DNA of 64,000 bases, taken from contig OZ116704.1 of the NCBI GenBank assembly GCA_964199315.1, forward strand, positions 26,226,001-26,290,000. Reading direction: 5' to 3'. The notes under the pieces are model-generated. The model searched no databases. It saw nothing but the letters and a program-made list of their open reading frames with translations, and was not told where the DNA came from. Position 1 is the first letter of the stretch, and each line of letters opens with the position of its first letter. The DNA is from Orbicella franksi (lineage: Eukaryota). Made by a program: the position numbers and the translations under genes. This document shows positions 1 through 14,200 of the stretch, in pieces.

Positions 1-801
1 CCTAATTGCAGGTGGCCAAAATCAGTTTGGTTCTGCTTGCGACGTTTTTGACATTTGTGCCTTAGACAAAATTAATCCTAGCCCCACCATGTTTGTCTAG
101 ATGATTAAAATTATCAATAAAGAACCTAACCGTAGTCTCTCGTTATTATTAAGTAGGTAATAGGGAAATTACTAAATTCGCTTTTAGGTTCAGATAAACT
201 GGTAGGAACGAGAAGAACTAGCACGAGTCAAGCTTAGGTACTCGCGCCAAACCTCCTCGGCATTTTCGATCTCGCCGAGAGAAGCCCTCACGGGATAAAA
301 ACCAATATCTTCAAATTCCAAATCGATCAGGATAGAAAGCCTGCATGAAAATCAGGTATGGCTGATGTGGCTTCCTCTCTAAATATTGCAATTTTTTATT
401 TTTATTTTATTTAGAACTTTGTTGGGACAATGGCGATGGACAATAGTTTTAACGATCCCTGTAATGTGGACGAGCTGAATAATACGTACGAGGTATTACT
501 CACAGGAAGTTATTTGATGTTAACGAGGTTGTTTTTCAACCAATCAAAAGGAATAGCGGAAAAACGAAGGACAATGATAATTAATAAAATTACGCGTACC
601 TGTTTACGCTTTCCTTGTCCAAAGTTATTTCCTCTGAGTCAGAAGAATCACTATAAAGAGCTGCAGCTTCCATTCGTCAAGTCTTCTTTCAACAAGGAAC
701 TGCCTAACACTTGACGGCCATTCCTCGTAGGCTCTGTTATATCGTGTTTCATGATCACCTCCTGAAAATTCAGTATGATGGTAGAACATTTGAATGAGAG
801 T

Positions 802-988
802 TAGCCTGCGAGCAGGCTCACGTTGGAGCACAAGCGCAAGTGGCGTAGAGCACGGAATTGAGCGGCGAAGGCACGAGAAGGGAAAGTCACTTTCTTGATG
901 GGCCTCCTCACCAGTCTCCACCCCGCCGGATCGCTTCGATATTCTCCGCTCGCGCGTGTGACTCAAAGGTGAGCCTGCTCGCAGGCTA
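802..988. mobile_element. MITE with perfect 20-bp terminal inverted repeats
   Basis: TAGCCTGCGAGCAGGCTCAC (802-821) and GTGAGCCTGCTCGCAGGCTA (969-988) are exact reverse complements. The interior is non-coding and the ends are TA. Confidence 0.85.
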
Positions 989-1111
989 AATGACAGCCAA
1001 GAAAAGGCCTCGCTCGTTTTAGCGGGACTAAACCTTGGCCTGCCCGGAATTTTTATTAGCGTCAAATTCAGACGTATTAGTTATCGATGATTATATATTT
1101 CTTGACCTCAG

Positions 1112-1173
1112 CAATCTTGTTCCCAGGCCAGGTCTTCCTCCAAAGAGAGTTCTAGCGCCTGGAAACGAGGTTG
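1112..1173. mobile_element. Very short MITE (62 bp)
   Basis: Imperfect TIRs CAATCTTGTTCCCAGG ... CCTGGAAACGAGGTTG. Confidence 0.6.
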
Positions 1174-3235
1174 CAATTCTACAACTACTGAGTCTGCCCG
1201 AGCGGATAATGTCCGATTGTAACTTCAGATCAGCATTAAAAGGGAGATTATTCCTCAAATGTGGAATAATCTGCCCATTAGTTTTGTAAAGTGAACTTGT
1301 AGTCATCTGGGTGAGTAGAATCTCATGAAAAAATGTTGTAAGGTTAATCGTGACCATATCTATAGAAACCCATACAGTTCTGAAAGCCACTCTATCATAT
1401 GTATACATGGGTTCTACTAAAGAGAATTCACAGCTTGACAACAGGCCTAGGGGATATGTATGGAAAATATTAAGACTACACTTTCTCGTAATCACCCTTT
1501 TCTGGTACGTGGGTCAAAGTATTCTATAGTGCTTATAAATGTCGAAGTTTCTTTTTAGATCTATCATGATGAATGAGAGAAATACCGACTACGACTTGTT
1601 TTTATTTAATTAACGCTCGTTTTCTTCTACAGCCTGTCACTTGTCACTTCGCTCAGCGAAGGGTGAACAGTCTCGTTTCTTTATCATTGTTCTAACAGCA
1701 GGTGGTCTTTTGACCCTATTAAAATCCACGGAAATAACGGAACAAAAGAAAATTGGTAAACCTGTTTACCAACCTGCAATCATGACAGAGACCAACACTA
1801 ACACAATGAGCTTAACCCAAATAATATATATGGTCGTCAAATAAAAAATAAATGCAGTTATCAGACAGCCGACGGACTCCCTGAGTTCTTGTCCAGAGGT
1901 ATTGCCTCATTTCTTTCCTTTCATTTTGCACTTTCCTCTACGCATATGACATCAAACGAAAATGCTAAATCATTAATGGAAGAGTAAAAAGCTTCTGAAA
2001 TGAAATGGTCGGTTTCTGTTAATCTAACAGAAATTATCTTATTTTTGGACGGAACGTTTTATTTTTCAATCTCCAAAGAAAAACGGACCATGGAGCGTAT
2101 GATTCGTTTTCCTATGCAAGTCGATAACCAGAGAAAAAGCAAAAGGTTAATTAATCTGGTTTTTGATACATTACACGGCAATTTTTGCTGTTTGTAAACA
2201 CCTTCTACTTTCTTAGAAGTCTAAGAAACGAAACATGACCACAGATTTCAGCAGATCTCTACCTTTTCAATGAACGGTGCTGTATCGTTTTAACATCCAA
2301 CAGTCTCAACTGATCGCTAAAGCTGCCCCGTTCATCGTGCCAGTATCAGTTATTATCATCGTAAACGGGTGGTAATTAGAAAAAAATAATTGTCTTTTGC
2401 TTACCTTCTCACGAATCTTTAACAGAAACAAGTATCAATTCTCCGTAGACCTACAAGTCCCTTCAGCGGAACGGTAAATCGTATTTCACATGTGTTATGT
2501 TTACATCACAATGTTTCTAAACTTTACGCTTTATTTGCACGGTCAAGCTTCGCGCACATGGACGGCGTTTCTAACTGGGAAACTGGGAACCAGCGATGTG
2601 TAAATATGACAGGCAAGAAGTACCGCCTTCTTGTCATACGATTGATACACCACCGTTTATAAATAGCACGACTAGCGTTTTATTTTTGATTAGGGGCTGA
2701 TCGAAACTATAACAGTGCTAATCAAAATACGAGTTGGAACATTTTATATATGAGCAAGAACTTGTAACTTTATCTTCTTGTTCCCAGATCTCTTGTGGGC
2801 AAAAACGACTGAAGTTTTTTGTAAGTTTATAAACATATAATATAATGACATGAGAAGGTAATGTTGACGGTTAATGTACCAAAAATAGCATTTTGTCCAT
2901 TAACGTTTAAATTTGCAGCTCTCCCTTAACGCTTGATAAGATTGTGAACTTTTTTTGCAGCTTAACGATAAATTCATAGTTAGCCTCTTTTGTCTGTTGA
3001 GGCGATTTGAGCGCACCCACAAAGTCGCGAAAACTAGCGCAAAGTCGTGAGGGGCCTGGGGAAGGACTCTTCCCAGGCTCCTCGCGGCTTCGCCACCTTG
3101 TGCGCGGGCTCAAACCGCTTAATCCACCAGCTACGCAGGTTAGCTGTCTACTGTGTTATCGATTGGGTCGGCAGTCGTAACTGACGTCTACGCTACTGGC
3201 AACATAACTTTCAACTTCATGAAGTCCTCAATACG

Positions 3236-3520
3236 ATAGAGCATCATTGGAGACACTCATGCAAATTTAGTGGAACAAAATGTAGGGTTTTATAAGAAAA
3301 GAGTTAAACTCCTACAGGATCGGTCTGGGACACTCATGGCCACCGTTTCATTGTTTTGGGACACCCCAGTCTGTAGTTTCCGTTGCAGCCGTTATTAGGG
3401 TCGTCACGCAACGCTTCTCCCCACTAATAATTAAGCGTTGCGTGACGAGACTAATAGCGGCTTCGAAGGAGACTATGCTACCAATCTGGCTGCCGTGACC
3501 TCATTTGAAAACACTCTATA
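3236..3520. mobile_element. MITE (ATAGAG...CTCTAT ends) interrupted by a nested MITE
   Basis: Ends ATAGAGC... and ...AAACACTCTAT. Internal GGGACAC/ATGGCC(G)CCGT repeats are split by the 3374-3475 element. Confidence 0.5.
3374..3475. mobile_element. Foldback-like MITE (long TIRs, short spacer)
   Basis: TAGTTTCCGTTGCAGCCGTTATTAGGGTCGTCACGCAACGCT pairs imperfectly with AGCGTTGCGTGACGAGACTAATAGCGGCTTCGAAGGAGACTA. Confidence 0.75.
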
Positions 3521-3648
3521 GTTGATTAGACTGAACTTTTTTATTGTGCTAATTGAAAAAAAATTGCAAAATAGATCCCAGTCAGTGGTAGGATGACCCG
3601 CTGGCAAGGAGCCGAGAATGTTAACTTAGGACAGTTGCGAACAAGGTT

Positions 3649-4032
3649 GGGGGGGATACATCCTTATATGCGCTATATAGGTATGGGCGGCCCTAAAGAG
3701 TATCATTTTTCAGCCGTTTTGGTCATAAATAGGGTATCCATTTTGGCCATTTTGCTCTTTTAAAATAGGGTAAGGTTTCTGTACTCAAGTCTTAAATTGG
3801 GTATGTTTTTAAGTAAAAGCTATTTCTTTCATCATTATCGATAAGACCATCAACAAAAGCCCTTCAAAACAGGACAACTGTGTCAGCCGCAACGATCATA
3901 AGTAGGGTATCGAATTTTTGGTCCGGTCATAAAAAGGGGAGAGAAAATCGCAGATTTTGATCATAAATAGGGTGGGGGTTTTGAGAAGCGGACTGCACAC
4001 CCCCCACCACATTTTTCTGAGAGTACTCCCCC
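3649..4032 (-). mobile_element. Non-autonomous DNA transposon (GGGG-TACT ends), copy 1
   Basis: Its reverse complement aligns by eye over about 380 bp with 14727-15138, including repeated ACCCTATTTATGACCAAAA motifs. Confidence 0.75.
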
Positions 4033-4062
4033 AAGAACAAAGCCAGTTAATGACAGTTTAAA

Positions 4063-4122
4063 GGACCTGAACCAGGGATCACCAGATTCAAATCCAGGTC
4101 CCTGAACCACTCGATCATACGC
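4063..4122 (-). mobile_element. Degenerate tRNA-derived SINE head
   Basis: Minus strand GATCGAGTGGTTCAGGGACCTGGATTTGAATCTGGTGATCCCTGGTTCAGGTCC has A-box-like and B-box-like (GGTTCA) elements but no complete cloverleaf. Confidence 0.4.
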
Positions 4123-4419
4123 ACCATTTAGCTTGCCATGTCTTATATTGGAAAACTTGTCTATGTGCAATATGGGCTTGAGTGGCAGCAATTCTGCAAT
4201 ACGAAATATTTACTACATGGACCCTTCTAGGGGTAGTCTACCACTCAAGAGATAGTTTCGTTGATTTCAGTTGAATGTGGATAAGAATATACAAAGGGTT
4301 AAGAAGTATAAAAGAAGCAAAACAATTTTAAGTGTGTTTATTTTATTATTGTGATTTTAAAATATTCTAGTAAATTTTCTGTTTTAACTTTTTTCGTCTT
4401 TGCAGTTTTTCTCCTATTT

Positions 4420-7400
4420 CTAAGTTTTCTGTTCCTTTGTACTTGCTTCAGTCTCAAAACCTTTTCTACCTCCTAGGTCAGCCTGTTCCCCAGTCTCCTT
4501 CTCAATTTTTCGGAGCCGTTTCATCAACACTCCTTCGAGAGATTTTAAGATTTTTTTCTTCCAAGGAATGTTTTCCATCTCAAATCTCTGCCTAGTCTCG
4601 ATAACTTTTTTGGCAAGCTGCTGAAGCGAAGTGTATTGTTTTTTCGGGGGAAGGGATGTTAGGAAGCTACAGTTTTTATCGTTTGTTCTTTCAGACTTGA
4701 TGGCAGTCGAAGCTTCAGTCTTCTTGCGATTTCCATTCTGGCAAGAAGTATTTTTCTCTACCTTAGGCACTATCTTATTTACCTTTGAAATTTCGGGGTT
4801 CGCGTTCGATTTCTGGCCCGACGGTGAGTTACGCGAAGCTTTGGAGCTACCATTTGATTGTTGGTATTCCTGTGCAGTACCTAGAGGTTTGAAACTTGTA
4901 TTTGAATGGCGTTGGTTTCTCTGTGTATTACGCGAAACGTCTGATTGCTGACTGCTGTTCGAACTAGTATTAGGCTGTTGGGTTGCCTGTGCATTAAGTG
5001 AAACACGGAAGCTTGAATTGGATTGCTGGTTTGTCTGAGCATGTAAGTTTCCATTGAACTGTTCGCTTTCCTTACGTTTTCGTGAAATATGCAGTGAAGC
5101 ATTATATTGTTGCGAGAGCTGTGCCTTCCTTGAAGTATTGTATTGCTGGTTTCCCTTTTCGTTGTGTGAACCATGTAAGCTGGCGTCAGAATGTTGCCTT
5201 ATTTGTGCAGTGGGCGAAACGAGACTGGAGTGTTGGTTTGCCTGTGGATTGGATACGATGGTAACAGTGCTATGAGATTGCTGGTTTGCCTGTGCGTTGC
5301 GTGAAGCGTAGAAAGTTGCGTTCGATTGTTGACTTGTTTGTGCAACAGGTGAAACGCGAAGGCTTGCACATGACGCTTGGTTACCTTGTGCATCAAGGGT
5401 AGCATCAATTTTTTTGCCTCCCTGTGACACATGGACGCTCGAATGATGGTTGGCCTGTGGTGAAACCAGGACGGTTGTATCAGATCGTTGGTACACAGGC
5501 TCATCATGAGTGGAAGAAACACTTCTCTCTGTTTTTATTTTAACGTTTGAAATTTGACTTTGAATTGGTGAGGTGTTTTTCCCTGCTGGAGAATTTCGAG
5601 AAGTTCTGATTATCATGCGCTGCATGCTCTGAATAGGATCACTTGATTTCTGTGTGCTCTGTGGACATCCTTTCTGATCTAAAACGCAGTAGCACCGCTG
5701 GCCGGAAGCTGCGGCACCACATACTTTCTTGTGTTGTTGATCGTCTGCTAAAGAAGACCGCTGAGTTGTTTGAGTATTGCATCTCTGCTCATTTGCCAGA
5801 AGTGATATCGAGGCTGATACTTTGTGATAAGACTGCTGACCAGAAGTATGAACTTCACGTTTTGCCTCCATAGAAACCTCCACTTCAGTATGTTTCTGCT
5901 GACTAGATACTAGATCATCAAGCTCGATTTCAGTCAGACGTTCTCCTCTGTTGATACTTGGCATGTTGTCGCTGATTAACTTTCCCCCTTTGAAACGCCA
6001 GAGATAACTTGCCTTTGTTTCTTGGCCGTGCACGGCGTCTTTTTCCCGCGATTCTGGACGGACGCCGTTTTCCACTGGATGCCGATAACGCTGCCCAGAT
6101 TCATTGTATGATTTGACGGAAATATTGCTGCGTAAAACGTTGTTTGATGGCGACAAGGGTGAATTAACCGAAGGCAAAGACTGATTTTGACTTGGTTTGG
6201 AAATCGTTTGTGGGAAATGCTGAAGAAGGCTTGCGAGTGAAATGTTCGTCGTGGTCGTTTCCTCTTCTTGTTTGAGGACGTTTCTCTGTGGAGTATCTCC
6301 GTAAGTTTCGCATTGATTCCTTGGAACGTTTTCGTGCACATGCTGTGTCAGGAAAATATCATTAGCTTTGACTTGATCATCAGACTTGCGTTTAACATTA
6401 CACATGTCAGAGCTCAAAGCCAGCGCTGCATGACGCTGACTAGTTGACGTCTGTGCGTGGATGTTACCAGGTCTTACGTTGGTGTCGTGTTGATTATGAT
6501 AAACTGCAGATGCAGGGTAGGAGTCGGGGCGATTTGCTCCCCTTCCTGAATTTTGTGAAACAGTATAAATCTTTTCTTGAACATGTATCGGGATATCCTT
6601 GTTTGTTCCGCTTCTAATGGGTCCCTGGACGATACCATTGTGCTGTGAGTTTGGGGTAACTCGAGATGGATTCACAGAGGACCGAGGAATCCCTTGATGT
6701 ATGCTACGAGCACTATGCAAAGGACTGTTTCCTTGAGGACACGAAGCTGGCCTCGATCGCTGAAGATTTGGAGAACTTTGATTGTTCCGATAACAAACCT
6801 CTGGGTTTTGTTGAAAATTTGTTCTAGAATCATAGTCTACGCGATTCGACTTGGAGTTCTGAGCATTTGAAATTGTTTGTACAGTGCTACCTCGAACTGC
6901 GTTCGTTCTTGGGCTTTTTTGCAACTGACACCAAATTTCATAGAGTTTCCGCAGCTCGTAAAAATTCACTCCTTCAAACGTTTGTTGTCTAGGATCCACA
7001 TTTCCTTGAGAGTAGGCCAGCCACTCTTGCATCAGGTTCTGTTTTAAAACACGTTTGACCTGTTCAACGTTTCCTTGGAACTTGGAAAGCAGGTGATAGA
7101 GCACATAACGTTCGAAGGTAACTTCCTCCGAAGAGCTCTTAGTCATATTACCAAAAGCAGATTGGTTGGTTTCCTGATAACGAGGATGACCTTGAGCAAT
7201 AGTTTGCTGATTTTGCGCTCTAACAGATCTTGTTTGCGAATGGCCCTTTCCTCTTTCCTCTACTGATGCACCACTGTAGGAAGGCTTATTCTGATTGGCT
7301 TTAGCTCGAGAAATAAAAGCTTTGTTTTTCGCCCATTCGTCTTCATCCTGTGAGCCTCGTGATACAGAATGCACTGCCACGATTTTCGGCATTGCCATGT

Positions 7401-8201
7401 GGTCAAATGCGTAACCTCCGCATGTCGAATTGTCTGGGCTCTCTATTTGTCTTGGTACAGGCTCTGCAGAAAACAATTTCTGTTTTACAATTGAAGAAGG
7501 CGACACAGGTTTAGCTTTAAGCGACTCTGTTCTCTGAAATTGGTCACCAGGAGTCCTCGCATTTCTCGACACGTTCCCTGGAAAAGTCGCTGCACTATGT
7601 TTACATCCCCCGTTATTCCTTAATGTTCTCCAGTCTATTGCAGGATCGGGAGTGTTGTCTTTTGTATAATGCTTTTGGAGGCTTCCCCAGCGGATTTCCC
7701 GTTCATGCTTGTACACTGCTGGTTGTTTTAACAGGGGTGGGGGAGGTCCTAGTGGCTTCAATGAATTTCCAAGGGTTCGAGTCTTTTCAAACATTTCCTC
7801 CCTAGCACTACTTGTCTCGTTTCTCCTTCGCACGGGATTTTGCTCGGCAAAAGCACAATAGTCCTCTAGTCGGGAGCACTTAGGATCTGCTGACCTAATA
7901 GTCGCGTGACTATGCTCCAAGGATCGCTTAGTGGGGCGATGGAGAAGCGGAGGAGGTTCGTGAGAAGTCACGTGACCTTGGGCTTCCCCACCGTGGTCTC
8001 CGTGTTTTTTCTCTTGCAAACTGTTTTTCTCGAATACTTGCCTGAATGATGATAATGTACCGTTTTCGTTGAGGTATTGCTCCAGCAAGCTGTGTAATGT
8101 TTTTGAACAGGCAATCCATGAGTTGGGTCCATTCCGTTGATTGTCCATGTGATAAGAAGCTTCGTTTGTGCCAGGAGTGGTTGGCGGCAACGCTTTGACA
8201 T
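4420..8201 (-). CDS. Paralog P1: large low-complexity protein of an unrecognised family (single giant coding exon, about 1240-1260 aa)
   Basis: Uninterrupted 3.8-kb ORF. Splice acceptor CCTTTTTTTAG|ATGTC ends at 8202. First in-frame ATG is at 8148 (MDNQRNG). Contains GGYAFDHMAMPKIVAVHSV (7363-7419) and C-terminal LQQLAKKVIETRQRFEMENIPWKKKILKSLEGVLMKRLRKI (4504-4626), both shared with P2 and P4. Confidence 0.88.
4826..5457 (-). repeat. Degenerate coding tandem repeat (about 12-17 aa unit, QxNQQSNxSxxxSxNA) inside P1
   Basis: About 14 units visible in the translation, e.g. QTSQQSNATFYASRNA, QANQQSHSTVTIVSNP, QTNQQSNSSFRVSLNA. Confidence 0.7.
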
Positions 8202-11200
8202 CTAAAAAAAGGAACGTTAGAGATGTTACGTTTCCACGAAGTTGATAGGTAGTTACCACAATAGCTAGTAATACATCTTAGCCTGCAGTTTAGTAGTTTT
8301 GTGTGTAGAAATATGTGCTAACGAGTCACGGTAACACGTGAACACCACATTACCAAATTTACAAAATGCTACTAAACAGTAAGATTATGAGCTTGAGATT
8401 TCTATCGCGTGATATATAGTTGTTGACGAGGGCGCAGCCCGAGTCAGCTATCACACATAGAAATGGATAGCGAATAATCTAATTGTTTTAGTGTAAATCT
8501 ACTAGTCGTTCAAAACTTTATCTACATCCTCTTTACAGACACCTCGAAGACGCAAAGAAGCGGCCGCAAGTTCGTCAACAAGCACACACTGCTAGGCTAC
8601 TTACTATCTACAACAGAACAGAGAGTGAGTAACCTAGCCAATCATCGAATGACATTCGTGATAGAACGCTAGTAGATTTATACTGATATGTGTTATGGCC
8701 CCTAAAAGGCTTGATCCTAAACTTATATTTCTTAGATGGCCGACTAGCCAGGTTACGCATGCAGATTTCAGGTTTTACCCCTCTCTTTCCTTCACAGAGG
8801 CTCCCTAGCGGGGTGAGCGAAGGGCGGAAAAAGGAGAAGGCTGCGCGTGGGGGACCCCAGCCTCCGAAATGTCAAAGTAACACGAAAGAGGCCTCTGAAA
8901 GGGAGAGAGATGTTACCCTCGAGACAGAGATATCTCTGAATCTGACCAGAAACATTCTATATTGATGATGTAGCCTTGCAAAACTCCGTACGTTGTCTCT
9001 AAATGGTTGTCGCTATACTGCAACGTTTTGCGACCAATTTGCCACACACTAAAAGGATGACTGTAGACCATCGTCCTCGCTATAAAATGTCGGACTCGAA
9101 GCTAGACCTCTCTCGAGCGAAGAATGAGTCAAGTTTTTTTCTAATTACTTCAATCCGTTCAGTGTAAACAGTGTAAATAGTGTAAATAGTGTCACAATGA
9201 TGCGGCAGCTTGCTTCCCTACTAAGGCGATTTTGAAATGTCACCAGCATCAACCCACAAGCTTACAGGCTGTTCTCTGTTGTCAAGCACTAGGACTGAAG
9301 AACAGCTTAGTTTACCAATAATGATTGTGCTTTCTTAACACAATACAGTCTTCAAAAACAAGATTATCCACCTCTAGTCCCCTTAAAAGCTATTCAGATA
9401 TTTTCGTTGAACAGAGAACCCTTAATCGTGCATTTCACTGTGATAAGAAATCAACAACAACAAATTAAATAAACAGATGTAGTACTGTTCTTACTTTGCT
9501 TTTTAAACCTCTCCATCGCAAATTGGTCGCTAATATTGTAGTTAACGGAGTTTGAAAATATAAATCTAGCTTTCAGCGCGACAAAATTAAGCAATCATTG
9601 ATGACAAGTAAGATGTGTGTTTCAAAGCCGTCTAAATAGTCAAAACAAAAAAGGGCAGGCACCAAATAGAATCCTTACCCTCGTTTCCATTTCTCATTTT
9701 GTCACCAGGCCCCCTGTAGCCACCATTTGTTTGTAAGCGGTCGATCGTCTGATCTCTCAATAGGGAACTGGTACCCAAAAGATCTGCTGCCTCCCTCGAG
9801 TGGTTAAAAAACTCGGCGAACTCCTTGTAATTCATACTTTTGAATTTTTGAGAGCGACTCGTTGGCACTGCAATAGAAACAAATTCAACATTGAAACAGT
9901 CATTAATTAATGTTGCCCCTAAAAAATACATCTTAACCCCACGGCGATCCAAACAATGATTTTACAAAAATTCATGTATTAGAACGGATCCCGTTCAGCG
10001 CCCCATCCACACACGCCTACCATTCAATCTAATATTTCATGTGATAGTAAAACTACTGATTATGATAAGTATAGCAGTCACCGACCAATGCTGTTAAGAT
10101 CAGTGCGTGACAGTTTTGTCAAAAAAGTTTTATCGTCCCCCATATAAGACTTGCAACCGCTAATTCCAACGTCCAACGTCATTTTCCACTTGTACCAAAT
10201 CGAACAATAGCTCAGTCAAACAATAGCTTCGTTGGGTTAATTGAATTAGAATTATTTGGTACATGTCACCATATGCAAAAAAATCAATGTGTACAAAATG
10301 AAACTACTAATTAAGAGTAAAAAAAAACAATTTTGACATTAGGTACAACATGATTCTTAATCTTCTTTTGATTATTAGAGTTGCCCTGGAGAAATAAAAT
10401 TTTGTTCGCAGGCTGTACGCGTTGTTTCCATGCACTGTTACTCTATTTGTATGACAGGTGTAGCAGGTAACTGGTTTGAATTTAATAAGAAAAGATACGT
10501 TGCGACGTTAACGAACGTATAAAAGGAAATTCATTCGCGACAAAAGTCCCTTCAATGACACAAAACACATACCAAATAGAAACGTCATCAGTGAGAACAG
10601 ATACTTCAATATAGGTCGAAAATCTATCCAGTTAAAGTGTTTGGAGAGGCACAGATCAAATATATAGTTCAAATCGATACTTCTTAGCGCTGTCAATAAT
10701 ATATCACACGTGATTTCAATCAGTTACCGAAATAAGAGCATTTGTTGCAACTTTGTTTGGAAGTATCCTTAAGGAATACCAACTTTAAATGAAACTATCA
10801 ACGAGAGCATTCTCCAGGTTAAGCCAGTTTGTTTAATACATGAAGATATCAAACTAATTAAGCGATTACTATCGCACTGTATCTTGACAAGATGTGTAAA
10901 TAAATTTTACGAAAGCCTATTAATTTGTCAGTGTGTCTCTCCGTTAACATACAATAAAAAAATATAGGTTGATTCAAAATATTGCTATTTCTTTATTTCC
11001 CTTTGTACACAATTTAATAAACGCTTTCGAGTCCCCAAGCTTGTTGTGTAAAATAATGACTGCGCGGCTCACCTCTAAAAGTTGTCAGCGGGAGTTTTGA
11101 TCATCTGAACATTCGAAAGTATACAAATTGTCCACTGATACAGCCAATATTAGTTAAAATGGCATTTCCAGATAATACACACCTGTGGGCGAATCAAAAC

Positions 11201-14200
11201 AGAAAAATCAGATAAAATTCACCATATTTTATGAAGTGTGCTTGACCATCAGTTAGTGCCTTTCGAAAACGAATTTGTAAGGTATGAAGCTTTTTAACCA
11301 GTGGAACTGATGTCATCAATCACACACACGTGCCCTGCTGGTATTAGCAAATCAGAATTGCACACGGGTGAGCAATGCACTGTGTTGGCTTCCTGAGCCC
11401 GCGCCACGTGTGCCAGTGACCTGCTAATGATGCCATTTTTACAAACTTCAAATATGGCAGCTGATTTGCTGAGGGTACAGACCATAAAATCACCTGCTAA
11501 ATGTGTCCAAAAAAAAGCAAGACTTCTTAAAACAGGGATAAGCTGCGAGCAAAGAAACATAAAGAGCCTGTATGTAGATATTCTTCGGTATTCTTCTAAC
11601 ATGGTAAATAGATTTTAACACAAAAACGGCAAGGATAGGTTTTTCATGATTTCGTGATCGATTTGAAAAGTGAATTTGTTTACCCTTCATTGGGAGGGGT
11701 CGTGGCAGATTGATTGATGCACATCTGCTCTTTGACTTAATCCTCGCTTAAAACCAGACATCGATCGATGTTCTTTTATTTTGTGTGAATATTTAAAATA
11801 AAAATGAACTATTAAACTATCACTGTAAAATGCAGCCAATGAAACTCGTATTTGGTATTTAAGCTGTGAGATAATAGCGATATTAACATCTTTAGTGCCA
11901 CTGGTAACGTCGTCTTATTATTGCTGCAGAATTCCAAGTTCGCTGTTTTATTATATTATCAATTTATATTTGCGTTTTCATAACGTAAACGATGAAAAGA
12001 AACTGGTTGATAAACAGATTTATCCCTGGAAGAAATATTTGTGTTCCGGCGATGTGTACAGATTTTAAAGTCTGAGAATTAAACTTTCTGTCCTGTAAAC
12101 GATGAACAATGAGGACTGTAGGCGAGGGCGATTAGTACAAGTTTATGAATTAGAAATATTACGAGAAACATACCTGTGATAACTTGCATGAATGTTTCAG
12201 TCAGATTCTGAGACTTTTCTAACCTTCACAGATGTGATCAGTGTTTTTAATACGGTGGTAACGAAATTCATCTGGCATTTATAGTGTTGACAAAAACTGT
12301 GAATTCACTAGCTGGCGACAACCAATAAATTAAAGATAGGAAACCCGTCTAACAACTGGTGTGGAAACAAAAGGAAACTCAAGAACCGGCACATGTTTAA
12401 CCAGCTGATTGTCAAAGGCTAACGTTACATGCTGAATTAGCGGGGGCCGGTTTAGTTTTACTGACACCCACAGGTAGCAAGGGTGAAATCAATGATGAAT
12501 TTTATCCCTGGACTTAAGAATGGGTTTCAGAAGCGTTTTCAGGAAGTTTTTAGAGGCAGGTTTAAAATCTGTTCGCTCTAAACTCAGTAAGAATATCGCT
12601 TCGGTTAAAAGACTAGTCACTGTGTAAGGCTATGATAATATGATGTATCGTAATTTATTCTGTGATGTTAAAAGGCATTTAAATTTACATTTCGTGCAAA
12701 AATCAATGTCAAATTGACGACTACGCTAATAGTCGTGTTCGACGGACTTTTGACGTAAAAGTCGACACAGTAAAGTAATGAATATTAGTTTTTCGTGGCA
12801 TAGAACACATAATTTTTCTGAATAAAACACACAACATTTTTACTCTTTCAATTGCATTGTATTAGTAGTAACGCCATTCTAAATAGCTCGTTACGTGATC
12901 CAATCAGAATGCGACATAAATTTGCTTTTAATTATAGAGCGGTTTCCTGATTATTATCGTCAAACTAAAGCTTATCGCACTAAATACAAATAACGTAATG
13001 AAGCAACTAGACCTCGAACCAAATATGTCAGCTACGGCGGGTGGCAAGCGCGGGAAAACACTGGTGGTTAACGCGGGAAAACGAGTGTAACCAAATAAAC
13101 GTTGCTTGGCTCCCCTGTTGGTTGGTTGGTTGGTTGAAAACACACTACAACGAGTTAACAAAACGAACGAACAATACCTAAAACAAGATTACTGAGCTAA
13201 TTCGTTGCAGCAGGCTGCAAGAGTTTTAAAAAAAGGCACAAGAACTTTCACTTTAAAAAAACACTCGAATTGCGGCTGAAAGGCAAAGAAAGAATTATTT
13301 TCAACAGTCAAAGAAAACTAGGCGACCTTTACTATTGTTTTGTTAAAATGCTGCTGAGGCTCGATCAGAAAGATAAGTTCATGTAATTAGCAGCTCTCTT
13401 ACGACCCACAACATTTTAAAAATCACAGTCGTGACTGGATCAACAGACAATGCACTCTTTCCATTTCTTTATGGGTTACAACTAGTCACACAACCAGCAT
13501 CCTTGTCTTTTTTCAACAAATAAACTACCGGCTCAGAATTTGAATCAAATTCACCACCTGTCATATTTTAATCATTCGACATTACATTTCGCAATGTTTA
13601 TTTCAAGAAAGTATTTAAGCAATGAGATGAAGTTCGAAAGAAAATGCTCGGCTTACAACCTCGGCAAGGAAAAATGAAGTCGCTTTGAACGAAGTGATGA
13701 AGGAAATCATCAAAGCTTAGTCTAAGAAAGTTAAATCGAGAGATCGGAGTTACACGTGATTTCTTTAACTCTCGTGGGCTATCCTGAACACGCTGCGGGG
13801 CAAACGGGGAATGCGCGAGAATTCATATGATCCACCTTTTGAATGAGGGAAAGCTCTCGTCCAATCTCAAAATCATTGAAGAGATTCAATCAAGTTCTGC
13901 GAAAATGCAGGAAAACGCACAGGAATTAGGACAAAGGACCTTCAGTTTAGACTCGTCTTCTCTCATACACTTACCGGTTCATTCGTTTAGAGGAGTCATA
14001 TCGTCATTTGCTATGAGATCATTAATAGCTTATACTTTTGAGAGGAAATTTTCAAAATATGTAATACTCCAGACAAGAGTGATGATAACAATATTTCCCG
14101 GCGAAGCTATCCTATAATAATCTGGTGTTAGAATGAACTTTTGTGTTCCCATTATTCCGCAGTAATGATGAATGTCTGTCTTCTCTTTACCGTTTTTACC

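Noticed and set aside
8597-8640. GTAAGT donor at 8604 as the end of a P1 upstream exon
   Set aside because: It lies in repeat-like sequence and cannot be validated without transcripts.
9632-9952. 106-aa ORF upstream of P1
   Set aside because: No motif, paralog similarity or splice support.
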